A stretch of 64,000 bases of DNA from Candidatus Omnitrophota bacterium (GCA_037146775.1 JBAWWL010000010.1:12963-76962); one strand, 5' to 3'; positions 1-9,440 are shown, counted from the stretch's first letter. Numbers and translations are program-made. Notes: generated from the letters alone by a model not told the origin.

Positions 1-51
1 GACTAACGCGGCAATAATTATGAATAATAGTAAAAAATTTATTTCTAGCAT

Positions 52-1683
52 TTATTTAAAAAAATAGAAAAACAATCCTATCATTCCGATCAAACACCAA
101 GCCAAATAAGTCGATAATATACCGTTATGCAAGTAACGTAAGAAAGTTATGAATAACGATGAAATCCTTTTCCCCATTTCGTAAATATCGAATATTTTCT
201 TTTCTGCCATGGCATATATAACTTTAAAAATACCGATTTCTTTAAAGGAGTTATAGAAATCATCCGCTTTTACTTCTTCGTCGGGATCCGATTCTTCTCC
301 CCCGACAAAAGAATTACTCACACTTATTTTTTTCTTTATTACTGCAGATATGATAAGGCCGAAAATAAAACCTAAAACAATCAAGATCGTGGTGAATGTA
401 AGTTGATATGAATATGTTCCAGATAATATCCCCACACTTTTAAAGATAAATTTTAGGATAGTTGCCTGAGCGAAGATGCCGAAAATTACGCACAGTAAAG
501 AAAGAATGATCGGCGCGAACAAAAGAAGCGGGCCAACTTCTTTTGTTTCTTTTTTAGAATTTCCTAAAAATACTCCTGAATTCAATTTTAAGAATGAGGC
601 AAGGGTTAACCCCGAACCTATCAAGGCCAGAACTAAGGAAATCGCAATGATGAATTTTAAATAAAAAGAGGCGGTTGAATTCATGAAGTTTATTAAACTT
701 TGATAGATCATCCATTTTGAGACAAAACCATTCAATGGCGGAATCCCGGAAATAGAAAAGGAAGCGATAAGGGTGGTGATAAAGGTAAGCGGCATATATT
801 TCGCTAAACCACCTAACTGCGACAAGTCGGTCGTGCCTGCTCTCTTTTCAATATTACCGACGCTAAGGAATAAACAAGATTTATATATTGCGTGATTAAC
901 CATATGAAATAAACCCGCAGCTAAGCCCAGGGGGGTGCCAGAGGCAATACCTAAAACCATATAACCCACCTGAGATACTGCGTGGTAGCCCAAAAGCTTT
1001 TTTATATTATGTTGGATAAGTGCCATCATTACTGCGCAGATTATGGTAAGGGAACCGGCAACAAGCAAAATAATCTTTGCAATATCATCCAAGATGAAAG
1101 CATCTTTAACCACTCTTACTAAAAGATAAATGCCTAACAGCTTATCCAATGATGCGGGCAAATAGGCCACTACTGGTATGCTGGCGTGTTCTGCTGCTTC
1201 GGGAACCCAGGTGTGGAAGGGCATGCATCCGGCTTTCGCAAAACAACCAATGACAATACATATAAATGCGAGCAGTGAAAGCCCGTCATTTATAATAAGA
1301 AGGTTGCCTTGTATGGAAGTATTGGTGGTTAAGTAAGTATAAAGCAAGAAACCGAAAAGTAAAAAACCGTCGCTTCCCCCTACGATGATAAAAGTTTTTT
1401 TTGCCACACTGGCGATTATTGAGTTTGATTCGGAATAAAGGTTTATAAGTTGGAAAAGGGCTAAACCCAGAAATCCCCAGAAAATTACTATAAGGATAAG
1501 ATTACTGGAAAAAGCTACCCCCAAAGATGAAAGTGCAGTCAGGAAAAACCAAATATAATATTGAATCTTTTTAGTTTTTATAAATCCTAAAGAGTAAATG
1601 AAAATAATAACGGTAAAAAATACTATAAGGATTCCTATCAGTTGCGAGAGCGGATCAAAAAATAAATTCTTTCTAAAGTCCAT
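52..1683 (-). CDS. [NiFe] hydrogenase group-4 membrane subunit, NuoL/MrpA antiporter-like (EchA/MbhH/HyfB-like)
   Basis: 543-aa polytopic membrane protein. Conserved WVPEAAEHASIP-type motif of the NuoL/M/N-HyfB family. Last gene of the hydrogenase operon and overlaps the large-subunit gene by 11 bp. Confidence 0.6.
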   Translation of the reverse strand: MDFRKNLFFDPLSQLIGILIVFFTVIIFIYSLGFIKTKKIQYYIWFFLTALSSLGVAFSSNLILIVIFWGFLGLALFQLINLYSESNSIIASVAKKTFIIVGGSDGFLLFGFLLYTYLTTNTSIQGNLLIINDGLSLLAFICIVIGCFAKAGCMPFHTWVPEAAEHASIPVVAYLPASLDKLLGIYLLVRVVKDAFILDDIAKIILLVAGSLTIICAVMMALIQHNIKKLLGYHAVSQVGYMVLGIASGTPLGLAAGLFHMVNHAIYKSCLFLSVGNIEKRAGTTDLSQLGGLAKYMPLTFITTLIASFSISGIPPLNGFVSKWMIYQSLINFMNSTASFYLKFIIAISLVLALIGSGLTLASFLKLNSGVFLGNSKKETKEVGPLLLFAPIILSLLCVIFGIFAQATILKFIFKSVGILSGTYSYQLTFTTILIVLGFIFGLIISAVIKKKISVSNSFVGGEESDPDEEVKADDFYNSFKEIGIFKVIYAMAEKKIFDIYEMGKRISSLFITFLRYLHNGILSTYLAWCLIGMIGLFFYFFK

Positions 1684-2857
1684 AATCTTTTTTTAAATTT
1701 TCTGTTTTTTGTATGGAAAGTTTTATTAAATCGTCACCGGTCAATATCTTTTCACCGGTTTTTAAGAAAACGGCGCTTCTTTCGGTGCAACAATAGCAAG
1801 GATCGACTGCCGCCAGAGTAATAGCAGCATCGGAAATAGTATAGCCGGGCACGGTTACGAGATTGCTCGCTACATTCACGAAGGAAGGCGCGCGTATTTT
1901 GTGCCTTATTGGCCGGTTGGTGCCATCGCTACGTATGTAGTGGATGCATTCACCGCGTGGTGCTTCCACTCTCCCTATCCCTTCTCCCGGAGGTATATCA
2001 CGCACTTCTGCCTCGATCGCTCCGTCAGGAATTTTGTCCAGACATTGTTCAATGAGCGAACAAGATTCAAACATTTCAAGAATACGCACTATAACTTTTG
2101 CGTATATATCTCCTTCGCGGCAGGTTATGACTGACCAGTGTAGTTTGTCGTAAAAAGCGTAAGGATCGTCTCTGCGCACATCTATATTGACGCCGGATGC
2201 CCGCGCGGTCGGGCCGACAACAGCTATGGATAACGCATCTTCCTTCTTTAATATCCCTACACCCTTAGTTCTGGTTTGGATAACCGGGTCATCCTCAATC
2301 GCCTTTTGGAATAATTGCAGGGTAGGATAGAGCTCTTTGATGGTTTTACGTAAAACTTGATAATCCTCTTTTTTCATGTCACGCCGGACCCCACCGATTT
2401 TCATCATCGCGTAATTTTGGCGGTTACCGGAAATTAATTCAAACATATCTAAGATCGGTTCCCGTGCTTTCCATGCCCACATCCAAATGGTGTTATAACC
2501 AATAAAATGCCCGGCAAGCCCGAGCCAAAGAAGATGTGAATGTAGGCGCTGTAATTCATCGATAATCATACGAATGTAATGAGCGCGTTCAGGTATGTCT
2601 ATTTTTAGAAGGTCCTCCACCGCCAAGCAATACGCAAAAGGATGGGAAGTTGAACAAATACCGCAGATACGTTCGACCAAGAACGTTATTTGGTCCCAGT
2701 GTTTCGCTTCCGCGAGCTTCTCTATTCCGCGATGGTTATAGCCGATATCTACTTCCAGGTCGACTACTCGTTCACCCTCGACGATGAGCTTAAAAAATTC
2801 CGGCTCTTCTTGCAGTGGATGATACGGGCCAATAGGAACAATTTTGCGTTTACTCAT
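1673..2857 (-). CDS. [NiFe] hydrogenase group-4 large subunit (EchE/MbhL-like, NuoD homologue)
   Basis: N-terminal RICGICSTSH and C-terminal DPCYCCTERS CxxC pairs, which are the Ni-Fe ligating motifs. 394 aa, the size of energy-converting hydrogenase large subunits. Confidence 0.8.
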   Translation of the reverse strand: MSKRKIVPIGPYHPLQEEPEFFKLIVEGERVVDLEVDIGYNHRGIEKLAEAKHWDQITFLVERICGICSTSHPFAYCLAVEDLLKIDIPERAHYIRMIIDELQRLHSHLLWLGLAGHFIGYNTIWMWAWKAREPILDMFELISGNRQNYAMMKIGGVRRDMKKEDYQVLRKTIKELYPTLQLFQKAIEDDPVIQTRTKGVGILKKEDALSIAVVGPTARASGVNIDVRRDDPYAFYDKLHWSVITCREGDIYAKVIVRILEMFESCSLIEQCLDKIPDGAIEAEVRDIPPGEGIGRVEAPRGECIHYIRSDGTNRPIRHKIRAPSFVNVASNLVTVPGYTISDAAITLAAVDPCYCCTERSAVFLKTGEKILTGDDLIKLSIQKTENLKKDYGL

Positions 2858-3281
2858 TGGTATAATCCTTTCGTAAGGGATAGCTGTCTTTGGGCCAATC
2901 GTTATCCAGTAATAAATGCGTTAAATTGGGGTGGCCGATAAAACGTACGCCCAACATTTCATTGATTTCCCGTTCTACCCAGTCGCTTGCTCTAAATAGT
3001 TTGGTTAATGAATCAATTTCAGGGTTATTTTTTTCTAGAAATACCCGGATGTTAAAAATTTCCCCGCTCTTGTCGCAGCTAAAATGATAAATCAGCTCAA
3101 AATTTTGTTCATTGTCTATGCCGGTTATGGTAGAAAGGCGCATGGATAGGTCAGAAAAGAAAAGTTTTGCCGTCTGTAAAAGATGTTTTTTATCAATAGT
3201 CAGGTAAATCCTTTTGGGGCTCTTTGTTTCCCACTCTTTTATGGTTTCCTTTAACGCATTTTTTACTTCATCTTTAATCAT
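2850..3281 (-). CDS. Hydrogenase NuoC-like (30 kDa) subunit (EchD/MbhK-like)
   Basis: 143 aa. Sits between the small- and large-subunit genes. NuoC-family-like sequence (…NLTHLLLDNDWP…). Confidence 0.55.
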   Translation of the reverse strand: MIKDEVKNALKETIKEWETKSPKRIYLTIDKKHLLQTAKLFFSDLSMRLSTITGIDNEQNFELIYHFSCDKSGEIFNIRVFLEKNNPEIDSLTKLFRASDWVEREINEMLGVRFIGHPNLTHLLLDNDWPKDSYPLRKDYTNE

Positions 3282-3282
3282 T

Positions 3283-3705
3283 TTACCGCCTGTTTATTTT
3301 ATCAATTAGTTTTACAATTCCAGTGATCATTGCTTCTGGCTTGGGGGGGCAGCCCGGTATATATACATCAACCGGAATAACTTCATCAAGTGCAGCCACA
3401 GTGTTATAGCTATCTTTAAACATATGACGAGAGCAGGGGCAGGTGCCTACTGCTATCACAAAACACGGTTTTGGTGCTTGTGCGTATACCTTTTTAAAGC
3501 GTTTCAGCGCTTTTCTATTTAAAGATCCGGTTACAAGAATTGCGTCCGCATGCCGGATGCTGCCGATTAACTGTATACCAAAACGTTCTATATCAAAGCG
3601 TGGGGTAATACAATCTAAAATTTCAATGTCACAGTTGTTGCAGGAACCGATGCTTGCGTGAAAAACCCATAATGATTTTGTGAGAATTTTTTCTTTTAGG
3701 CCCAT
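3283..3705 (-). CDS. [NiFe] hydrogenase group-4 small subunit (EchC/MbhJ-like, NuoB homologue)
   Basis: GSCNNCDIE … GTCPCS … GCPP cysteine pattern for the proximal 4Fe-4S cluster. Start moved to the internal Met (MGLKEK…), whose ATG overlaps the stop of the upstream gene. The ORF track gives 3283..3765. Confidence 0.7.
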   Translation of the reverse strand: MGLKEKILTKSLWVFHASIGSCNNCDIEILDCITPRFDIERFGIQLIGSIRHADAILVTGSLNRKALKRFKKVYAQAPKPCFVIAVGTCPCSRHMFKDSYNTVAALDEVIPVDVYIPGCPPKPEAMITGIVKLIDKINRR

Positions 3706-4625
3706 CACATTCCTCGCAACGCTAAAATAATACCAACAATACCTACGGGAAACAAGAAAAACCAAAAAAAGTTTAAAATTTCTTTAATGCGTAACCGCGG
3801 ATTTATATTTTTTATTACCGCAACCAGCAATATGATTATTATGTATTCTGCTGGTATGGTGAGAAATTTTTGCCAGGCTCTAGAGTGAGGAAATTGGCCA
3901 AAAAGTAAAATCAATAAAAGCGGCAGTGAACCGTATAAAAGAAGTTTTGTGGCGCGGAAAAAACCCAACAATGAACCGGAATATTCTATCATAGTGCCGC
4001 CCATAATTTCCTGCTCTGCTTCCGCAGCGTCAAAAGGAACAATTCCTAGTTTCGCTTGAAGATAAAATAATCCCAGAATGCTTGCGATAATGCCGGATAA
4101 ACTTGCGATGTGGGCGTGGGTGGCTTGTTGTGCTGCGATAATGCCGTTTAACTTGATGCTTCCGCCCGACTTGATAATAATAATGACTAAACTTACGATA
4201 AATACAAATTCATACGCAAGCATAAGTTTTATTTCTCTTGTTGCGCCAACGAGCGCCAGGGGGTTGTTTGACGCAAAAGAACCGATAATGATGCAAAGTG
4301 ACGGAACAATGAGTAGATACAATAGAACTATTACATCTATGGTAAAGCTGTTATGCATGAAATAACTTTGTAAAATAGCAAGACTGAAGATTGTTGTCGA
4401 AGAAAAAGCTATGATCGGAGATAATATAAAAAGCCATTTTGAGGCATTGCGTGGCATTAATGTTTCTTTTGTGAATAGTTTTGCGATATCAATAAAGCTT
4501 TGATACCAGGGAGGGCCAACCCGGTATTGGAAACGTGCGGTTAGTTTACGTTCTAACCACCAACCCATGGCGCCTACGATAAACGCAAAAACAAATTCTG
4601 GAAATATTATTAAGTAAGTAAGCAT
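3705..4625 (-). CDS. Hydrogenase membrane subunit NuoH-like (EchB/HycD/MbhM-like)
   Basis: 306-aa polytopic membrane protein with a NuoH/HycD-like composition, inside the hydrogenase operon. Confidence 0.6.
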   Translation of the reverse strand: MLTYLIIFPEFVFAFIVGAMGWWLERKLTARFQYRVGPPWYQSFIDIAKLFTKETLMPRNASKWLFILSPIIAFSSTTIFSLAILQSYFMHNSFTIDVIVLLYLLIVPSLCIIIGSFASNNPLALVGATREIKLMLAYEFVFIVSLVIIIIKSGGSIKLNGIIAAQQATHAHIASLSGIIASILGLFYLQAKLGIVPFDAAEAEQEIMGGTMIEYSGSLLGFFRATKLLLYGSLPLLLILLFGQFPHSRAWQKFLTIPAEYIIIILLVAVIKNINPRLRIKEILNFFWFFLFPVGIVGIILALRGM

Positions 4626-4630
4626 AGGGC

Positions 4631-5128
4631 TTATTTCTTCTTTTTATATAAAACAGTATCGTCAAGAAACCACTTTTTATTGGATTTAATAGCCAATATA
4701 TCAGAAACCAGATAGATACCTTGTGCGATATCGTCTGTGTCGATATCCTTGATTTCGAGCGCTGTGTAGAGGCAGGTTGGAATGCAAGATTGATTGTTTC
4801 TACTTATGCAATAATCGCATTTAGAGTCAAAAAATTTTAAAAAATCTGCAAAAATGACGCCAAAAGGGCAAGCAATAGAACAGGTTTTGCATCCGGTACA
4901 AAGAAAACGCGCACGCTTAATAATACCTTTGTCGTCTCTTGAGAGTGCCTTATGATAACAAGAATTTACGCATGGTGCTTCTTCGCAGTGATGGCAAATT
5001 AATGAAAACGTTGCGAGTTCTCGTAAGGAAGTGATGCCGTTGTTTTGTGGATGGTAAATATAGCTGCATTTTACCACGCATTCCGGGCAGGCATCGCACT
5101 TGTCTAAGTCAATAAATAGTCGTTTCAT
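4631..5128 (-). CDS. 2x[4Fe-4S] ferredoxin subunit (EchF/HycB-like)
   Basis: Four Cys clusters (CDACPECVVKC, CHHCEEAPCVNSC, CTGCKTCSIACP, CDYCISRNNQSCIPTC). Confidence 0.7.
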   Translation of the reverse strand: MKRLFIDLDKCDACPECVVKCSYIYHPQNNGITSLRELATFSLICHHCEEAPCVNSCYHKALSRDDKGIIKRARFLCTGCKTCSIACPFGVIFADFLKFFDSKCDYCISRNNQSCIPTCLYTALEIKDIDTDDIAQGIYLVSDILAIKSNKKWFLDDTVLYKKKK

Positions 5129-5226
5129 ATTGTTTCAGATGTTAGTGTTGAGATGCCAGGCATCAGAGGCCAGATGTCTGATTCGAGAAAAAAATTTATC
5201 TGTTCCCCGGCTCTTGTTTTATATCT

Positions 5227-5359
5227 TCTATCCTCTGTCTTCTGCCTTTTACCCTCTGACTTCTGTCTTCTGATCTCTGTCTCTTGTCCCCTGACTTTTA
5301 TTTTCTATCTTCTGATTTCTGTCCTCTGTCTTCTGACCTCTGATGTCTGACTTCTGTTC
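5227..5359. repeat. Degenerate heptanucleotide tandem array, about 19 units of TCTGNCT
   Basis: Direct reading: tctgtct tctgcct … tctgacc tctgatg tctgact tctgttc. The array abuts the TGA stop of the HydG-like gene. A second copy of the same array lies at 53908..54019. Confidence 0.85.
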
Positions 5360-6181
5360 TCAGTCCCAAATATCCTCTATCTCTTTGATGTCTTCAAACC
5401 GGAATACCGGACCATCTTTGCAAATATAAAATTTGCCTAAACGACAATGGCCGCATTTGCCCAAACCGCAGCTCATATTTTTTTCCATCGAGAGATAAAT
5501 ATTAGTAGGTTGCAATCCTAAATCAAGCAGTTTGAGTGTTGCAAATTTCATCATAATTGGCGGGCCGCAAACTATACCAATCGCTTCGGGTAAGCATAGC
5601 GGCAGCTTATCCAAGAGCGTGGTAACGATGCCCACGTTCCCTTTCCAGGAGTTATCGGCTCGGTCAACAGTGAGCCGGAATTCGACATTATTTTGTTTTT
5701 TGAATTCATCGAGTTGATATTTATATACGATATCTACAGGGCTGCGCGCGCCGTAGCAGATAATAATTTTCTTAAAATCGGTTATACGCGCATAAAGCGC
5801 GTAAATTAAAGAACGCAGTGGCGCCAGTCCAACCCCGCCGCCAACGATGACCAATTCTTTTCCCTTGAAGCTATCAAGCGGGTACCCGTTGCCGTAGGGG
5901 CCGCGTACGCCAAAAATATCGCCTGGTTTAGCTTTGTGGAATAGCTCGGTTACCTTACCCACCCGCATAATGGTTACCTCGAATCCGTCTTTACGGTTAG
6001 GATTGGATGAGGGAGTAAACGGAGCTTCCCCCACCCCGGGGTACGTTAATTCGATAAATTGTCCGGTTTCAAAAGAAAAATTCTCCTCCGGCTTAAAAAT
6101 AAAAGTTTTAATGGTCGGTGTTTCTTCTATAATTTTGGTAACCGTAACTTTCTCGGGCAGATAAATTTGTTTAGTTTTCAT
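5360..6181 (-). CDS. FAD/NAD(P)-binding oxidoreductase with C-terminal 2Fe-2S (sulfhydrogenase gamma HydG / AsrB / PyrK-like)
   Basis: Ferredoxin-NADP-reductase-like fold signatures (GGGVGLAPL). C-terminal CGLGKCGHCRLG…C motif as in PyrK/HydG. Confidence 0.7.
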   Translation of the reverse strand: MKTKQIYLPEKVTVTKIIEETPTIKTFIFKPEENFSFETGQFIELTYPGVGEAPFTPSSNPNRKDGFEVTIMRVGKVTELFHKAKPGDIFGVRGPYGNGYPLDSFKGKELVIVGGGVGLAPLRSLIYALYARITDFKKIIICYGARSPVDIVYKYQLDEFKKQNNVEFRLTVDRADNSWKGNVGIVTTLLDKLPLCLPEAIGIVCGPPIMMKFATLKLLDLGLQPTNIYLSMEKNMSCGLGKCGHCRLGKFYICKDGPVFRFEDIKEIEDIWD

Positions 6182-7197
6182 GCGGGTGTTTTTATTGCGA
6201 GTTGCTTAAATACTTCGCGTATGTCAATTTTTGCCGGACAGCTTTCGATACAGCGGCCACAACCGGTACAGGCATACGTTTTTATATTATCCGGAAAGAA
6301 CTCAAATTTTTTAACATAACGGTTACGAAGGCGTTGTTGGCGTAATTTAAGCGGATTGGCTCCTCCGGCTACGCGGGTAAAATTTTTGTATTGGCAACCA
6401 TCCCATATTTTTGCGCGTACATATGTTGTCGTGTGCCCTGAATCACACAAAAGAAAGCAATGACAGGTAGGGCAATTCATAATGCAGGCTCCACACTCGA
6501 CACAGCGTAATGCTTCCTGGGGCCAGACAGCGTTCTCGTATCCATCTTTTACAAGGTTATAGAGCGCATCTTTGTCGGCAAGTTGTTGAGATTTCAGATA
6601 GGCTGTTAGATTCTTTACGATATCTTCTCTTTTTTTGGTTTGCTCAAGTATATGGTTATCGTCGACAGCTTTAAATAAGTCTTTATTATTTGTGATTGCG
6701 AGCTCTCCTTTCGGTGAGCCGACCATAACAATATATCCGCCTGATACCGGTGATAGGTTAAAATCAAAAGATTTTTCCGGATACGGATTGATTCCCAGTG
6801 CCAAGCAAAAACAGACATTTTTATAACCGGTGCAGTCACTGGAAATAATGAAGTTATTATTGCGCATTGTTTGGTAGTGAGTATCTGTGGTTCCTTCCAG
6901 AAAGACAAAGTCGTGAATAGCCAGTGAAGCGAGATCGCAGTTCTTTGCTCCGACAATACAGAAAGGTTTCTTTATTTTAGAATTATGTGAAAAATATGTG
7001 TGTATTGATTCGCGTGAGGGGGTAAAAAATTGGCGCAGAGAACTTATCGGCCGGTATTTGTTAAATTCGAAAACACCGCTATAGCTTTGCCAGCAGTATT
7101 CTGTTTCTCCGGTTGGAGTGTATACGTGGTATTGCCGGGAAAAGTTTTCTAAAAGCTTGGTAAAATTATTTTTTTGAATAAAGTAATTTTGTTTCAC
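6178..7197 (-). CDS. 4Fe-4S cluster protein, sulfhydrogenase beta HydB / AsrA-like
   Basis: CVECGACIMNCPTCHC and CTGCGRCIESCP motifs. 339 aa. Translationally coupled to the HydG-like gene. Confidence 0.65.
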   Translation of the reverse strand: MKQNYFIQKNNFTKLLENFSRQYHVYTPTGETEYCWQSYSGVFEFNKYRPISSLRQFFTPSRESIHTYFSHNSKIKKPFCIVGAKNCDLASLAIHDFVFLEGTTDTHYQTMRNNNFIISSDCTGYKNVCFCLALGINPYPEKSFDFNLSPVSGGYIVMVGSPKGELAITNNKDLFKAVDDNHILEQTKKREDIVKNLTAYLKSQQLADKDALYNLVKDGYENAVWPQEALRCVECGACIMNCPTCHCFLLCDSGHTTTYVRAKIWDGCQYKNFTRVAGGANPLKLRQQRLRNRYVKKFEFFPDNIKTYACTGCGRCIESCPAKIDIREVFKQLAIKTPA

Positions 7198-7275
7198 GAC
7201 ATCTTGTGAATTTTTTCACAAATAATATGAAAATAAAAAAACTATTTTTAAAGTATAGCAGTAAAACTTTTCTTG

Positions 7276-8184
7276 TCAAGGATTATCGCGACCTATTTTG
7301 TCAAAACCGGATAAAAAATCTCGCATGGCTGACAGGCATTCGTTAGTTTTTTCTAGAAAATGGGTATGTGAAGCATCCTCTATAATGCGCAGTATTGAAC
7401 CCGGAAGCATAGTTTGATAATAGGCGGTTGTTACGGGGCGTGCTTCATCGTAGCGTCCAGCCAGGAATAATGTAGGAATATTTATCTTGTGCAGGTCGTG
7501 TGCGCGTTCGTAATCTTTGAGTGTTCCGGTGCAGGTAAATTCGCTCGGTCCCCACATTTTGGTGTAGATAGTTGAATTTATTCTTGCAAAGGTTTTTTGC
7601 AAACAGTCAGGCCAAGGTTCTAATCGGCACACATGAAGTTTGTAGTACAACATTACTGCGTCTTGGTATTCTTTAGAATCGTAAATGCCCCGCTCCTCTG
7701 CTACAGCGACGGCCGATTGAGCATGCGCGGGTAGCTGTCTAAGGTATGCGCGTTGGTCGGCTATCCAGCGGGAAACGCTTAAGCACGGCCCGGAAAGTAT
7801 CATACTGGCGATACCAGAAGGTTGTTTCGTTAAGATGTATTCGATCGCGAGCATTGTTCCCCATGATGTGCCAAGGAGGTGTATAGTTTGTAATTTAAGG
7901 GCGGTACGTATTTGGGAAAGTTCTTCGACGGATCTTTCTAGTGTCCAGAGGCTAGGATCCTGTGGTTGTTCGGAATTGCCGCAACCTAGTTGGTCGTAAA
8001 AGATAACTGGCCGATCGTTACTTAATGTGTGGAGAGGCTCAAGGTAATCATGGGTAGCACCCGGTCCTCCGTGCAGCATCAAGAGAGGGGTTTTCTTTTT
8101 GTTGCGTCCTATAATTTTATACCATGCTTTGCCGCCCGTGACTGGTATAAAATCTTCGACCGTGTCGTTGCGGAAATCGTCCAC
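7276..8184 (-). CDS. Proline iminopeptidase / alpha-beta hydrolase (S33 family)
   Basis: HGGPGATHDY and GTSWGTMLA (GxSxG nucleophile elbow) motifs. 302 aa. Confidence 0.7.
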   Translation of the reverse strand: MDDFRNDTVEDFIPVTGGKAWYKIIGRNKKKTPLLMLHGGPGATHDYLEPLHTLSNDRPVIFYDQLGCGNSEQPQDPSLWTLERSVEELSQIRTALKLQTIHLLGTSWGTMLAIEYILTKQPSGIASMILSGPCLSVSRWIADQRAYLRQLPAHAQSAVAVAEERGIYDSKEYQDAVMLYYKLHVCRLEPWPDCLQKTFARINSTIYTKMWGPSEFTCTGTLKDYERAHDLHKINIPTLFLAGRYDEARPVTTAYYQTMLPGSILRIIEDASHTHFLEKTNECLSAMRDFLSGFDKIGRDNP

Positions 8185-8197
8185 GTTTCCCAGCGCG

Positions 8198-8575
8198 CTA
8201 GTCTTTTGTTACTTTTAGATCGCCGTTTTCACCCCAGGAAGTGTAAAATTTGCAGGTCATTTCTTTATTGTTGTTCACTGTCCCGGAAAAGCTGTAAGAT
8301 TTTGAGCTTGAAATTGCCGTGAAAGAGATGGCGGTATCCTTTATTGTTCCGGAAATAACATAGTAGTTTCCTTCCCAGTCAGAGAGAGTGCCGCTGATAG
8401 CGTCGCCGGCTTGCGCTAATTCGAGTTTCCCCGATTTTGTCCCGTCACTATACACATATTTCCAGTTGCCGGTTACGTTATATTGGGTTTGGGAAAAAAC
8501 ATCAGTTGTAATTGTCGCAGTAATAATTGCGCACGCAAAGAAAATCTTTTGCAGTAATTGCTTGTGTTTCATCAA
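8198..8575 (-). CDS. Hypothetical secreted protein
   Basis: N-terminal signal peptide (MMKHKQLLQKIFFACAIITATITT). No recognisable catalytic motif. Confidence 0.4.
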   Translation of the reverse strand: MMKHKQLLQKIFFACAIITATITTDVFSQTQYNVTGNWKYVYSDGTKSGKLELAQAGDAISGTLSDWEGNYYVISGTIKDTAISFTAISSSKSYSFSGTVNNNKEMTCKFYTSWGENGDLKVTKD

Positions 8576-8599
8576 TACCTCCTTGTAAGCGTTTATACG

Positions 8600-8971
8600 C
8601 TATATTTGCTGTATGCCTAAATAAACACCATTTCCGCTGTAGTATTCGATAGTGCCGGCTTGTGGATTGTATACTGAAAGCATCCATTTTCCTTCGGCAA
8701 TAAGGGGATCGTTATCTTTTTTTATTTGTGCGTTTACCGTTACGGTGGCGGTGGCGGTGTTATCAGTAGTTAAATCGGTAGATGTTTTGGTGGCAATTGT
8801 TTCTGCTGTTTTTATTGTTTCGGTCGAAATGCCTTCGATGGATTTCTCGTTCGTTTGATTTTTTTGCGGTGTGCAATTGGCGCATGCCAGACAGAACGCT
8901 ATTAGAAAAAATATTTTGATCATAAATCTCCTCCTTCCTAATATAGTATATGTATTCTTGCGATTATGCAA
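8600..8971 (-). CDS. Hypothetical lipoprotein
   Basis: Signal peptide with a lipobox-like FCLAC followed by a Thr-rich region. The true start may be the internal Met (MIKIFF…). Confidence 0.4.
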   Translation of the reverse strand: MHNRKNTYTILGRRRFMIKIFFLIAFCLACANCTPQKNQTNEKSIEGISTETIKTAETIATKTSTDLTTDNTATATVTVNAQIKKDNDPLIAEGKWMLSVYNPQAGTIEYYSGNGVYLGIQQI

Positions 8972-9428
8972 GTTCCTGTAAAAATTTTTTTAAGCGCTCG
9001 CGATGCTCAACATAGGCTTGGGAAAGAGCTTCAAGTAACTGCCGTATTATTTTTGTGTCAGTTTTATAAATCGAGAAAAATCTACTTTCGATGACTGAAT
9101 CTTCCAAGGTTAAAGCTATTTCCAGTGCTTTACGTAAAGATATTTTTTTTCTTTTTGCACGCACTATGTATTTTTTGATTGACGTGAGAGATTTCTCTAT
9201 GCCAGACAGTGCGAATCGGTCGGTATCGAATTGTACGTTTTTATCTGCCACTTGCGGATATAATTTTCTAATCCAGCTGGCATGCACGAGTTCTTCCAGC
9301 GACAAAATGTGCCAAAATTGTTGATGGAAAATGAACTGTCTTGAGAACAATGCATAAAGTGCGCTTATCGTTTCTTCATGCTGGGCCAGCCGTTCAACGG
9401 TCATCATTTGCCTTTTTATGGTGTCCAT
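8964..9428 (-). CDS. Hypothetical protein
   Basis: 154-aa ORF in an operon-like arrangement upstream of eda. No motif recognised. Confidence 0.3.
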   Translation of the reverse strand: MDTIKRQMMTVERLAQHEETISALYALFSRQFIFHQQFWHILSLEELVHASWIRKLYPQVADKNVQFDTDRFALSGIEKSLTSIKKYIVRAKRKKISLRKALEIALTLEDSVIESRFFSIYKTDTKIIRQLLEALSQAYVEHRERLKKFLQELA

Positions 9429-9440
9429 ACCCCTCCTTGC

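Noticed and set aside
476-664. Many short plus-strand ORFs (60-140 aa) embedded antisense in long minus-strand genes, e.g. 476..664, 1901..2153, 2690..2941, 4078..4365, 6059..6319, 8029..8322, 12418..12648, 22755..23198, 24989..25519, 30522..31031, 36188..37074, 50207..50819, 52548..53213, 58503..59544
   Set aside because: They overlap well-supported CDSs on the other strand. They have low-complexity or biased composition, no RBS and no recognisable motifs, so they are frame artefacts.
1673-2857. Possible selenocysteine (in-frame TGA) in the hydrogenase large subunit
   Set aside because: The ORF is uninterrupted and both C-terminal ligands are Cys (DPCYCC). There is no evidence for a Sec codon.
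5153-5350. 65-aa plus-strand ORF across the heptamer array (MPGIRGQMSD…)
   Set aside because: Its low-complexity Leu/Ser/Cys translation is a by-product of the repeat. It is on the opposite strand to the operon and has no RBS.
5227-5359. CRISPR array?
   Set aside because: Unit length is 7 nt with no spacers. It is a microsatellite-like heptamer array, not CRISPR. The same holds for 53908..54019. The 2 x 34-bp duplication at 46021..46088 has no spacer either.
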